Shown here one piece after another: positions 1 through 10,106 of a DNA stretch of 64,000 nucleotides; position 1 is the stretch's first letter; each line of letters begins with the position of its first letter. The stretch lies in IMG/VR virus record IMGVR_UViG_3300008261_003175. One strand, given 5' to 3'. Under the pieces are notes generated by a model that searched no databases, was not told the DNA's origin, and was given only the letters and a program-made list of their open reading frames with translations. Source of the DNA: a virus. A program made the position numbers and the translations under genes.

Positions 1-45
1 GTATATAATATCTATATTTATGTATATTTATACTAAACAATAAAT

Positions 46-261
46 ATGGAAACTAAAAAAAGAGTAATTACGTCGGTTAAGATTCCTGATAATCTTTACG
101 AAGATTTCAAAATTATGAACGTAAGAACCAAGATGAATCTACAAGATTTAGTAGAAAGAACTATTTTCTTATATCTAACAGAAGCTAAATTTAGAGAAAC
201 AGTACACAATCAATTCAATACGTACTACACAGGATCAGACATTCTAAACGCAATAAAATAA
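46..261 (+). CDS. Small ribbon-helix-helix (Arc/CopG-like) DNA-binding protein
   Basis: N-terminal beta strand ITSVKIP followed by two helices; tandem ATATTTAT boxes upstream (14-21, 24-31). Confidence 0.5.
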   Translation: METKKRVITSVKIPDNLYEDFKIMNVRTKMNLQDLVERTIFLYLTEAKFRETVHNQFNTYYTGSDILNAIK

Positions 262-266
262 AGTAA

Positions 267-1709
267 ATGGTAAACGGTTACATTCCACAAAAAGACAGAA
301 AAAAGATACTCTTGCTTTGCGACGATATCCGAATGACTTCGGGAATATCAACGATAGCGAGAGAAATAGTAGTGGGTACATCTCACGTATTTAATTGGGT
401 TAACTTAGGAGGAGCAATCAACCATCCAGATCACGGTAAAAGATTAGATATATCTCAAGATACAGGCGTGATTAATGGTATTACAGATGCCTCAGTATTC
501 TTATATCCAACTAACGGATATGGATCTCCTGAACTAGTTAGACAATTAATTGATATTGAAAAGCCAGATGCGATAATGTTTTTCACAGATCCAAGATATT
601 GGATATGGTTATTTCAAATGGAAAACGAGATAAGAAAAAAAATGCCCATGATTTATTTAAATATTTGGGACGATTTGCCTGCGCCTCTTTACAATAGGCC
701 ATACTACGAATCTTGCGATACGTTATTTGCTATATCAAAACAAACGGAGAATATTAATAAACTCGTACTTGCAGATAAAGTAAAAGATAAAATTATCAAG
801 TATCTTCCTCACGGAATAAATGAAAAAATGTTTTATCCAATCAACGATTACATGAAAGAGGATAGCGAAAGATTGGACAAGATGAGAGATAAAATCTTTG
901 GAGAAGATAAACCAGAGTTCGTCGTTTTCTATAATGCGAGAAACATAAGAAGAAAATGTTTACCAGATTTGATAGCCGGATATTCTGAATTTTGTAACAT
1001 GATAGGAAAAGAGAAAGCTAAAAAGTGTAGATTGCTTATGCATACTGATCCTATAGATGAAAATGGAACGGATCTTCCTGCTGTTATAGATTTAATATGC
1101 GATCCTGAATACCAAAAAACAGTTTTTTCTGGCGGTAGAATGTCTACTCAAGACATTAATTTATTGTACAATCTATGTGATGTTACTGCTCTAATATCTT
1201 CAAATGAAGGATGGGGATTGTCTTTAACAGAAGCAATGATGTGCGGAAAAATGATTATAGGAAACGTCACAGGAGGAATGCAAGATCAAATGAGGTTTGA
1301 AGATGAAAATGGAAACTGGATAGATTTCGATGAAAAATTCCCTTCTAATCACTTTGGAAAATATAAAAAATGCGGAGAATGGGCAATACCAGTATTTCCT
1401 TCAAATATGAGTTTGGTTGGATCAGTACCTACACCATACATTTGGGACGATAGAGCCGATTTTAGAGATATTGCAAAAGCAATAAAAGAAGTCTATGATC
1501 TAACTCCCGAAGAGAGAATTAAGAGAGGTTTAAATGGTAGAAATTGGGTCCAATCAGACGAATCAAATATGAGTGCAAGAAGAATGTGCGAGAGTTTCAT
1601 ATCTACAACAAAACAAACTTTAGAAAATTTCAAAGAAAGGCCGTATTTTGAATTTATAAAAACAGAAAAATTACCAAGAAAAAAATTAACACATCCTTTA
1701 ACATATTAA
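267..1709 (+). CDS. Glycosyltransferase, GT4/GT-B family
   Basis: YLPHGI, RNIRRK, SSNEGWGLSLTEAMMCGK..GGMQDQ (EX7E motif). Confidence 0.9.
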   Translation: MVNGYIPQKDRKKILLLCDDIRMTSGISTIAREIVVGTSHVFNWVNLGGAINHPDHGKRLDISQDTGVINGITDASVFLYPTNGYGSPELVRQLIDIEKPDAIMFFTDPRYWIWLFQMENEIRKKMPMIYLNIWDDLPAPLYNRPYYESCDTLFAISKQTENINKLVLADKVKDKIIKYLPHGINEKMFYPINDYMKEDSERLDKMRDKIFGEDKPEFVVFYNARNIRRKCLPDLIAGYSEFCNMIGKEKAKKCRLLMHTDPIDENGTDLPAVIDLICDPEYQKTVFSGGRMSTQDINLLYNLCDVTALISSNEGWGLSLTEAMMCGKMIIGNVTGGMQDQMRFEDENGNWIDFDEKFPSNHFGKYKKCGEWAIPVFPSNMSLVGSVPTPYIWDDRADFRDIAKAIKEVYDLTPEERIKRGLNGRNWVQSDESNMSARRMCESFISTTKQTLENFKERPYFEFIKTEKLPRKKLTHPLTY

Positions 1710-1710
1710 T

Positions 1711-3018
1711 ATGAGTAAACAATATTGCGTTATATCGTGTCCGATTGACACATATTCAGGTTATGGAGCAAGATCTAGAGATTTCGTAAAAGCTCTTTAC
1801 GAACTTAAAAAAGAAGAATGGGAAATAGAAATTCTAGCACAAAGATGGGGAGCCACTCCTTGGAATTACATAAAAGAAAATTCAAAAGATTGGAGTTTTT
1901 TAGAGCCTCATATAAATAAAACAGGACAATTAACAAGACAGCCAGATGTCTGGATTCAGATAACTGTGCCTAATGAATTTCAACCTGTGGGTAAGTTTAA
2001 TATTGGAGTCACTGCGGGCATAGAAACAACGGTATGTCATGCTTCATGGTTAGACGGTTTAAATAGAATGAATTTAAATCTAGTATCATCAGAACACGCT
2101 AAAACAGTATTTAAAAATTCTTTCTTTGAAGAAAAAAATCAACAAGGACAAACCATAAGACAAATAAAGTTAGAAAAACCAGTAGAGGTACTTTTTGAAG
2201 GTGTTGATTTAGATAAGTATTTTATTGTTGAAGAGAAAGATTTGTCCAAAACAGAATTAGTAAAATCTCTTGATTCAATAAAAGAGTCATTTTGTTATCT
2301 ATTTGTAGGTCACTGGCTTCAAGGAGAATTTGGAGAAGACAGAAAGAACGTTGGATTAATGTTAAAAACATTTTTAGAGACATTTAAAGGTAAAAAAAAT
2401 AAACCCGCTCTAATTATGAAAACATCTGGTGCTGGATCTAGCATCATGGATAGAGATGAACTATTGAAAAAAATTAGTTTAATAAAGGGATTTGTAGAAG
2501 ATAAAGATTTACCTAACGTTTATTTGTTACACGGAGATATTCAAGACGAAGATATAAATGCTTTATATAATCACCCAAAAGTAAAAGCGATGGTGAATCT
2601 GACCAAAGGCGAAGGATTCGGTAGACCATTATTGGAATTCAGTCTAATGAAAAAACCTATTATCGTTTCAAATTGGTCAGGGCACATAGATTTTTTATCA
2701 CAAGATTTTTGTTGTTTGTTAAGTGGAGAAATAAAACAAATTCACCCATCAGCAGTTGTAGAAAATATGCTCATCCCCGAATCAGGATGGTTCTCTGCAA
2801 ATGTTGGAGAAACTAAATTTTATCTAAAAGATATATTTGAAGATTACGACAAATATACAGAAAAAGCTAAAAGACAAGCCTATAGATCTAAAAGTCAATT
2901 TTCATTTGAGAAAATGAAAGAGTTATTATCTATAAATTTAGAAGCAATACCTAAAAAAGTAGAACTTAAATTACCAACTCTAAAGAAAATAGAACTACCT
3001 AAACTTAAAAAAATATAA
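1711..3018 (+). CDS. Glycosyltransferase, GT4-like
   Basis: YSGYG N-terminus, RKNVG, TKGEGFGRPLLEF..SNWSGH; Lys/Leu/Pro-rich repeated C-terminal tail. Confidence 0.88.
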   Translation: MSKQYCVISCPIDTYSGYGARSRDFVKALYELKKEEWEIEILAQRWGATPWNYIKENSKDWSFLEPHINKTGQLTRQPDVWIQITVPNEFQPVGKFNIGVTAGIETTVCHASWLDGLNRMNLNLVSSEHAKTVFKNSFFEEKNQQGQTIRQIKLEKPVEVLFEGVDLDKYFIVEEKDLSKTELVKSLDSIKESFCYLFVGHWLQGEFGEDRKNVGLMLKTFLETFKGKKNKPALIMKTSGAGSSIMDRDELLKKISLIKGFVEDKDLPNVYLLHGDIQDEDINALYNHPKVKAMVNLTKGEGFGRPLLEFSLMKKPIIVSNWSGHIDFLSQDFCCLLSGEIKQIHPSAVVENMLIPESGWFSANVGETKFYLKDIFEDYDKYTEKAKRQAYRSKSQFSFEKMKELLSINLEAIPKKVELKLPTLKKIELPKLKKI

Positions 3019-3019
3019 T

Positions 3020-3262
3020 ATGACAGAAAAAGAATTTGTAACGTGGTTTAAAGGATTCGTATCTGCTGCTAATAGTTTTAATATAACTCCGAAACAGTGG
3101 GATACTATTTGCGAATTTTTGGAAAAAGTTAAAACTGAAGAATCAATAGAATCGAAAACGAGATATAGCCGATATACTTTAGATAACAATTGGAGTTCTA
3201 CTAGTCCTATATCCGATAATAAAAATAATAATACAGAAACAAAAACTCTTTTAAATGATTGA
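3020..3262 (+). CDS. Hypothetical phage protein
   Basis: Closely coupled ORF in operon. Confidence 0.6.
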   Translation: MTEKEFVTWFKGFVSAANSFNITPKQWDTICEFLEKVKTEESIESKTRYSRYTLDNNWSSTSPISDNKNNNTETKTLLND

Positions 3263-3704
3263 TAAAATAATAGATTGTCCTAATTGTAAAGAAAAAGCTT
3301 GCTGTTATCAAACTCCTATAAATGAATTTCATAATTCATACGCGTGTTTTGGATGCGGATTTACTACTAACGATCTAATGCAAGAATCCGAATTCAATTT
3401 TGAAGAATTTGAATCAACGTTACCAGAACTTTATAAAGATCTAAAAACTCTAGATTATGAAAATAGAGTATGGTATCCTCAGGCTATCAATATTTTGGAC
3501 AAAGGAACGGTTTTTGCAAATGGTAAATCTAAAGATAGTTGGCAATGGTCAGCTATCAAAACTGTAGAATTAACAGAAGAAGAAAAACAAAATCCTAAAT
3601 TTAAAGGGCAGCTTTATAAATCAGACTCTAAAAGTTTAGAAAATTTTGGAACAGATTTTATAGAAGCGTGTGATTACATTGGATTTTTTGATATAAAAAA
3701 ATAA
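3255..3704 (+). CDS. Hypothetical protein with N-terminal zinc ribbon
   Basis: CPNC...CC...CFGCGF. Confidence 0.6.
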   Translation: MIDKIIDCPNCKEKACCYQTPINEFHNSYACFGCGFTTNDLMQESEFNFEEFESTLPELYKDLKTLDYENRVWYPQAINILDKGTVFANGKSKDSWQWSAIKTVELTEEEKQNPKFKGQLYKSDSKSLENFGTDFIEACDYIGFFDIKK

Positions 3705-3707
3705 AAT

Positions 3708-4328
3708 ATGCCATCAATAAGTTACGCTATTCCGGTATGCAACGAACATAAAGAATTAGATAAATTACTTTCTTTATTGATTGAATATAAACGTACTCAA
3801 GATGAAATAGTGGTTCAATGCGATTTGGGAAACACCACTGGTGAAGTTTATCAAATTTTAGAAAAGCATAAAAATAATATAAAAATAATAGAATTTGCGT
3901 TAAAGGGAAACTTTGCTGCATTTAAAAATAATCTAAAAGCAAATTGTCTTGGAGCTTGGATATTTCAAATAGATGCAGATGAACTATTACACGAAGAATT
4001 TTTACAACACCTTCCACAAATTTTAAGAGACAATCCTGAAGTGCAACTTTTCTGTTTGCCTAGAATCAATACTGTAGAAGGATTGACTCAAGAGCACATA
4101 ATTAAATGGGGATGGAATGTAAACGAAAAAGGATGGGTGAACTTTCCTGATATACAAACTAGAATAATTCAAAACTCTCCAAAAATACAATGGGTAGGAA
4201 AAGTTCATGAGGTTATATACGGACATACTTCTCAAGCAGTTCTTCCTATACAAGAAGAATATTGTTTATTACACCATAAACATATACAACGCCAAGAAAT
4301 GCAAAATACATTATATTCAATGATATGA
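3708..4328 (+). CDS. Glycosyltransferase family 2
   Basis: ISYAIPVCNE, WIFQIDADE (DxD), VHE. Confidence 0.88.
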   Translation: MPSISYAIPVCNEHKELDKLLSLLIEYKRTQDEIVVQCDLGNTTGEVYQILEKHKNNIKIIEFALKGNFAAFKNNLKANCLGAWIFQIDADELLHEEFLQHLPQILRDNPEVQLFCLPRINTVEGLTQEHIIKWGWNVNEKGWVNFPDIQTRIIQNSPKIQWVGKVHEVIYGHTSQAVLPIQEEYCLLHHKHIQRQEMQNTLYSMI

Positions 4329-5299
4329 AAAAAGCTATAATAACTGGAATAAATGGACAGGATGGATCATATTTAGCAGAATATCTACTTGAATTAGGAT
4401 ACGAAGTTCACGGAATATTAAAAAGAAATTCTGTAGCAGAAAATCAAACAGCGCGACTAGACGAAATATTCAATAAATTAAATTTGCATTATGCAGATAT
4501 GACTGATATATCGTCTTTATACAGAGTGATAAATCAAGTTAAACCTCATGAGATATATAATTTAGCAGCTCAATCGCATGTAAGAATATCTTTTGATCAA
4601 CCTATATATACTGTAAATGCGACAGGGGTAAGTGTACTTAATTTATTAGAAGTAGTAAAAGAGGTGGATGCATCTATAAAAATATATCAAGCATCTTCTT
4701 CTGAAATGTTTGGTAATTCAATTGACGCTGACGGTTATCAGAGAGAAACTACCACAATGAATCCAGTATCTCCTTATGGTTGCGCTAAAGTGTTTGCTTA
4801 TAACATAAGCAGAAATTATAGACACTCATATAATATGTTCGTATCTAATGGAGTATTATTCAATCATGAATCTCCAAGAAGAGGCACTAATTTTGTCACA
4901 AATAAAGTTTGTAAAGAAGCAGTAAAAATAAAATTAGGTTTATCTAAAGAATTAAAATTGGGTAATCTAAGCGCAACTAGAGATTGGGGTCATGCAAAAG
5001 ATTATGTTAAAGCAATGCATCAGATTTTACAACTAGATAAACCAGATGACTTCGTATGCGCTACTGGAATATCTCATTCGGTGCAAGAACTTTGCGAATA
5101 CGTGTTTATGGCATTAGATTTAAATTGGAAAGATTACGTAAAACAAGATGAAAAATTTTTAAGACCAGAAGAATTAAATAATTTAAAAGGCGATGCGTCA
5201 AAATTAAAACAAATGACTGGTTGGGAACCGACATATACTTTTAAATCAATGCTATTAGAAATGATTAATTATTGGATAAAACATTATACAAATGAATAA
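4325..5299 (+). CDS. gmd: GDP-mannose 4,6-dehydratase
   Basis: ITGINGQDGSYLAE, NLAAQSHV, QASSSEMFG, SPYGCAK, LFNHESPRRG, RDWGHAKDY. Confidence 0.97.
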   Translation: MKKAIITGINGQDGSYLAEYLLELGYEVHGILKRNSVAENQTARLDEIFNKLNLHYADMTDISSLYRVINQVKPHEIYNLAAQSHVRISFDQPIYTVNATGVSVLNLLEVVKEVDASIKIYQASSSEMFGNSIDADGYQRETTTMNPVSPYGCAKVFAYNISRNYRHSYNMFVSNGVLFNHESPRRGTNFVTNKVCKEAVKIKLGLSKELKLGNLSATRDWGHAKDYVKAMHQILQLDKPDDFVCATGISHSVQELCEYVFMALDLNWKDYVKQDEKFLRPEELNNLKGDASKLKQMTGWEPTYTFKSMLLEMINYWIKHYTNE

Positions 5300-6197
5300 A
5301 ATAGTAATAACTGGAGGAACAGGATTAATAGGATCCGCCTTTAAAAAAGGAAAAAAGTTAGGATCTAAAGATTATGATCTGAGATCAACAGTAGAAACAA
5401 ATAAAATGTTTGAAGAAAATAATCCTGACGTGGTAATTCACACAGCCGCCAAAGTAGGAGGAGTCGGAGCAAATATGCAATATCCTGCTAATTTTTATTA
5501 CGATAATATAATGATGAATACAAACATTATTCAATCTTCATTCGAACATAGAGTAAAAAAATTAGTTTGCTTTTTATCGACATGCGTATTTCCTGATAAA
5601 ATAGAATATCCTCTTACTGAAGATAAAATTCATCAAGGAGAACCTCACCCAAGCAATGCATCTTATGCGTATGCGAAAAGAATGGCTGACATTCAAATTA
5701 AAGCTTATAATAAACAATATGAAACTAATTATTTTTCAGTTATTCCATGCAATGTTTACGGAATAAAGGACAATTTCAATTTACATAATGGTCACGTTAT
5801 CCCGACTTTGATTCACAAGTGTTGGTTAGCAAAACAAAATAATTCGCCTTTTGAAATTTGGGGAAATGGATCTGCTCTTAGAGAATTTGTTTTCGCAGAC
5901 GATATGGCAGATATAGTGTTGAAATTAGTAGAAACTTATGAAGGAACTGATCCAATAATAATATCCAATCCACAAGAGTATTCTATAAAAGAAGTAGTCG
6001 ACATAATTATTAAGCACATGGAATTTGAAGGAGAGGTTAAGTGGTTATTAGATAAACCTAATGGACAACATAGAAAACCATCGTCTAACGAAAGATTGAC
6101 AAATATAATCGGTCAATATAATTTTACTACTTTAGAAATAGGTTTAAAAAATACAATAGATTGGTTTAAATTAAATTACGAAACAATAAGAAAATAA
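5292..6197 (+). CDS. fcl: GDP-L-fucose synthase
   Basis: GGTGLIG, AAKVGG, LSTCVFP, YAYAKR, PCNVYG..DNF..HVIP, WGNG..REF. Confidence 0.95.
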   Translation: MNKIVITGGTGLIGSAFKKGKKLGSKDYDLRSTVETNKMFEENNPDVVIHTAAKVGGVGANMQYPANFYYDNIMMNTNIIQSSFEHRVKKLVCFLSTCVFPDKIEYPLTEDKIHQGEPHPSNASYAYAKRMADIQIKAYNKQYETNYFSVIPCNVYGIKDNFNLHNGHVIPTLIHKCWLAKQNNSPFEIWGNGSALREFVFADDMADIVLKLVETYEGTDPIIISNPQEYSIKEVVDIIIKHMEFEGEVKWLLDKPNGQHRKPSSNERLTNIIGQYNFTTLEIGLKNTIDWFKLNYETIRK

Positions 6198-6213
6198 AAA
6201 ATAAAGTTAAAAC

Positions 6214-7575
6214 ATGGATAGTAAAAAACAAGCTATTTTAGATTCTATATCTGAGTATATAAAAGAAAAGAAAAAAAATAAAACATGGAAACCTGGTGTG
6301 GATTGGATTCAATATTCAGGTCCTTATTTTAATGAGAAAGAATTTGTATACGGCGTAGATTCTCTCCTATCTGAATGGTTTATATTAGGTGAAAAAGGTA
6401 GAGAGTTCGAATTAAAATTCGCGCCTCTTCTAGGTAAAAAAGATGGTATAGTTGTTAATTCTGGAAGCTCTGCAAATTTATTAATGGTATCTCTTTTGAA
6501 AACAAAAAGATGGGGTAAAGTTCCAGAAGGTTCTAAATTTATTACTCCTGTCGTATGTTTTCCAACAACAATAAACCCACTAATTCAAAATGGCTATAAA
6601 CCAGTTTTCGTAGACGTTACACTACCAGATCTGAATCTAGACTTAGATCAAGTAGAAAAAGTTTTACAAGAGGACATTAATAAAGAAATTAAAGGCCTTA
6701 TATTTGCCCACGTATTAGGAAATCCTCCTGATATGGATAGAGTTATGGACATAGTAAAAAAATATAATTTAATTTATTTAGAAGATACGTGTGATGCGTT
6801 AGGCTCTACTTGGGATGGAAAACCTTTAGGATCTTTCGGCGATATTTCTACGTGTTCATTTTTCCCAGCTCATCATATGACAATGGGTGAAGGTGGTTTT
6901 GTTGCAGTTAATTCAGCTAAAAAAAGAATGGCATTAGCATCTTTGAGAGATTGGGGCAGAGCATGTTATTGCAATACCGCAAAACCTGGAAATGTAATGT
7001 GCGGTACAGCTTGTGGTTGTAGATTTGATTCTTGGTTCAAACAGCAATCAGATATTTCTTTTGATCACAGATACGTTTTTGAAGAGATAGGATATAATTT
7101 AAAACCTACAGAAATGCAAGCTGCAATTGGATTAGCGCAATTAGGCAAATTAGATGAGATGCATACAAGAAGAAAACACAATTTTAAAAGATTGTATGAG
7201 ATCTTTAGTAAATACCCCGATTATTTTTATTTGCCTACAGTTCATGAAAAAGCAGATCCATCTTGGTTTGGATATTTAGTCACTCTTAAAGATAATACTC
7301 CATTTACAAAAGCTGATTTAATAGATTATATGGAATCATGTAAAGTTCAAACAAGATCTTATTTTACAGGAAACGCTTTATTCCATCCAGCATATGAAGA
7401 TTTAGCTAAAGAATATGAAAATCCTAGAACTCAATTTCCAATTGCGACAAAAACGACGTTAGATACATTTTTTCTCGGAGTATATCCAGGAATTACAGAT
7501 CAACAATTAGATTATATAGAATTGTGTTTACATAATTTCATAAAAGAAAATAATAATGGGATACATAACATTTAA
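6214..7575 (+). CDS. rfbH: NDP-4-keto-6-deoxyhexose 3-dehydrase (E1, RfbH/DdhC family; PMP and 2Fe-2S)
   Basis: VNSGSSANLL, EDTCDALGS, SFFPAHHMTMGEGG (His replaces the PLP Lys), RDWGRACYC, GYNLKPTEMQAA. Confidence 0.93.
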   Translation: MDSKKQAILDSISEYIKEKKKNKTWKPGVDWIQYSGPYFNEKEFVYGVDSLLSEWFILGEKGREFELKFAPLLGKKDGIVVNSGSSANLLMVSLLKTKRWGKVPEGSKFITPVVCFPTTINPLIQNGYKPVFVDVTLPDLNLDLDQVEKVLQEDINKEIKGLIFAHVLGNPPDMDRVMDIVKKYNLIYLEDTCDALGSTWDGKPLGSFGDISTCSFFPAHHMTMGEGGFVAVNSAKKRMALASLRDWGRACYCNTAKPGNVMCGTACGCRFDSWFKQQSDISFDHRYVFEEIGYNLKPTEMQAAIGLAQLGKLDEMHTRRKHNFKRLYEIFSKYPDYFYLPTVHEKADPSWFGYLVTLKDNTPFTKADLIDYMESCKVQTRSYFTGNALFHPAYEDLAKEYENPRTQFPIATKTTLDTFFLGVYPGITDQQLDYIELCLHNFIKENNNGIHNI

Positions 7576-8386
7576 AAATCTAACAACATCAGCAGATTTA
7601 GGATCTCAAGTTATGCAGTATTGGGCATTATGCGCAGTAGCAAGTGCAAATAATTTAAAAATAGTATTTCCTAAATCATCATCAGATAAAGGTTGGGGAT
7701 ATAAATTTTCTAAACTATTAGATGTTGAATTAGATTTAAGATCTGATGAATTTTTCAATGATTTTATTCCAATAACAATTGATAGAAAATTATTAATTGA
7801 TCCAAAAATGTTTAATTTAGATTCTAATAAAAATTATAGCGTTGAAGATCTATTTTTTTATTGCGACTATTGGTATCCAAAATATTGTTATCTTATAGAT
7901 TCTATAAAATGGAATGAAAAGCATTATAAAACAGCATTAGATATTTTTGAAACGTTAAAAAAATATAATAAGGAATTGGTATCTATTCACGTTCGTCGTG
8001 GAGATTATTTATTACATCATCACTTTTGTAAATTAGATAACAGATACTACGAAGAAGCGCTTCAAAATTTTATTCAAGATATAGAAAAATATCATTTTTT
8101 AGTGTTTTCAAATGATATTGAATGGTGTAAAGAAAATCTTATAGAAGGAGAAATGGTCACATTCATGCCTCAGAGAGAAGATTACGTAGATTTAATATTA
8201 ATGAGTTTATGTCATCATAATATAGTGGCTAATAGTACTTTTAGTATGTGCGCGGCATATAAGAATAACAACAAAAATAAAAAAGTAATATGTCCTACTA
8301 ACTATGTTAAATCCTACAGTGATGTATCATTCATAAATGGTAAATATTATATAGATTCATGGAAAAATATAGATAATGAATGTTAA
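7556..8386 (+). CDS. Alpha-1,2-fucosyltransferase, GT11
   Basis: LGSQVMQY, VSIHVRRGDY, FSNDIEWC, DLILMSLCHHNIVANSTFS. Confidence 0.92.
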   Translation: MGYITFKNLTTSADLGSQVMQYWALCAVASANNLKIVFPKSSSDKGWGYKFSKLLDVELDLRSDEFFNDFIPITIDRKLLIDPKMFNLDSNKNYSVEDLFFYCDYWYPKYCYLIDSIKWNEKHYKTALDIFETLKKYNKELVSIHVRRGDYLLHHHFCKLDNRYYEEALQNFIQDIEKYHFLVFSNDIEWCKENLIEGEMVTFMPQREDYVDLILMSLCHHNIVANSTFSMCAAYKNNNKNKKVICPTNYVKSYSDVSFINGKYYIDSWKNIDNEC

Positions 8387-9371
8387 TAGAAAAATAGCAT
8401 TTCTAACTGAAATGGGCTTTACAGGAAAAATATCATGTAATCATCCAAATATGAGAACAGAATTTGCGTGGATGAACGCTCTTGACGCTGATCACTTTCC
8501 AATTTCTCTATTTCACGAAGTAAAAAATTATGATCATGTTTTTTTAATAATTCCAAAAGGCGAAGTTTATTTAAATGCAGTCGGAGGAAAGTTAATAAAT
8601 AAAATTAATCCTATAAGTCAATTATTAGAATCTAATTTTCATAGATTGTTAAAAGAACATAATTCAAAAGTGTATTTTGTACAAGAAGGTCCTCACTGGC
8701 TTTTTAATGATTACGAAATAGTAGATCAGATAAATTTCTACAATCTTATCAGTGAATGCGATTCAATATTTGCGCATAACCAACAAGATAGACTATATTA
8801 TATGGGAATGTTTCCAGATAAACCCATTCACATCATGCAGACTCTTATGATAGAAACTCTTATAAGAGATATAAAGCCTAATAAAACAGACCGGGTAATC
8901 ATTGGCGGCAATTTCTCTAGGTGGTATGGAGGATTTGAAAGTTATACCGTCGCTCAAGAATTTCAAGCGCCTATTTGGGCTCAAGATTCTCACTCAAAAA
9001 GAGAATATGAAGATCAACTAGAAAATATAAATCATTTTCCAAGAATGATGTGGAACCAATGGATGCAAGAGCTATCAAAATTTAAATATGCAGTGCATTT
9101 AATGCCAACGGTGGCTGCAGGAACATTCAGTTTAAATTGTGCTTATTTTGGAATACCATGCATAGGAAACGTAAACGTAGATACACAGTCTGCGTGTCAT
9201 CCTCTACTTTCTGTAGATGTAGAAGATATTCACTCAGCTAGAAATTTAGCAAAGAGACTAAAAGAAGATAAAGAATTTTATGAACGTTGTAGTAGAATAA
9301 GTAGAGAAAGTTACAAATCACACTACCATAAAGATAATTGGTTAAAATATATGAATAAAGTATTAAATTGA
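8376..9371 (+). CDS. Putative glycosyltransferase (GT-B-like)
   Basis: Context; C-terminal AGTFSLNCAYFGIPCIG resembles the GT-B donor-binding segment. Confidence 0.55.
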   Translation: MNVNRKIAFLTEMGFTGKISCNHPNMRTEFAWMNALDADHFPISLFHEVKNYDHVFLIIPKGEVYLNAVGGKLINKINPISQLLESNFHRLLKEHNSKVYFVQEGPHWLFNDYEIVDQINFYNLISECDSIFAHNQQDRLYYMGMFPDKPIHIMQTLMIETLIRDIKPNKTDRVIIGGNFSRWYGGFESYTVAQEFQAPIWAQDSHSKREYEDQLENINHFPRMMWNQWMQELSKFKYAVHLMPTVAAGTFSLNCAYFGIPCIGNVNVDTQSACHPLLSVDVEDIHSARNLAKRLKEDKEFYERCSRISRESYKSHYHKDNWLKYMNKVLN

Positions 9372-9375
9372 TTTA

Positions 9376-10104
9376 ATGGAAAATAAAAAAGTGTTAGTAT
9401 TAACAGGAGGCGATAATAATTTACATGAAGTATTAGATCTAACTGTGCCTTCTAAATTGAGATACGCTAGAAAATATGGTTATGATTTTATGTGTTTAAA
9501 TTCATTTAAAAAATATCCGGAATATAATATCAATAATGATAATATAGGTTTATCATTTTCTAGAACCATATACATGTTTAGAATGTTAGCACATTATAAT
9601 ATTATTATGTGGTTAGATGCTGATTCTATAGTGACAAATTATAATTATCCCATAGAGTCTTTTATAACAAATGATCATTCATTATATTTTTCTTATGATT
9701 GGCCGGTATCTTCAAATGGAGATTCTGGACATGAAGGATTTAGTGGAGGAAATTTTATAGTACAATTAACTCATAATAGCGCTGAGATATTTGATAAGTT
9801 TGTTTATTCAGCTCAAACTTATTTGAATGATTCAGGAGCTGATCAAGCGTGTTTTAACTATCTATATAAAGCTACTCATTTGAAATCGTATATTAAGATA
9901 CTAGAACATAAATATTTAAATGCAGTACCAGAATTTATAAAAAATACTGAGATTTGGAAAAATGATCCTAATAGAGTTGGCCCAAATAGTTCATTTAAAA
10001 TAACATCTCCTTGGAATGAAAATTGTTTTATAGCGCATTTAACAGGTTGTTCAAATAGTGATAGAGTAAACTTATTAAATAACGAATTGAAAAAATATTT
10101 GTGA
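9376..10104 (+). CDS. GT-A nucleotide-diphospho-sugar transferase (GT34/MNN10-like)
   Basis: KLRYARKYGYDF, WLDADS (DxD), FSGGNF, DQACFN, FIAHLTG. Confidence 0.8.
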   Translation: MENKKVLVLTGGDNNLHEVLDLTVPSKLRYARKYGYDFMCLNSFKKYPEYNINNDNIGLSFSRTIYMFRMLAHYNIIMWLDADSIVTNYNYPIESFITNDHSLYFSYDWPVSSNGDSGHEGFSGGNFIVQLTHNSAEIFDKFVYSAQTYLNDSGADQACFNYLYKATHLKSYIKILEHKYLNAVPEFIKNTEIWKNDPNRVGPNSSFKITSPWNENCFIAHLTGCSNSDRVNLLNNELKKYL

Positions 10105-10106
10105 TA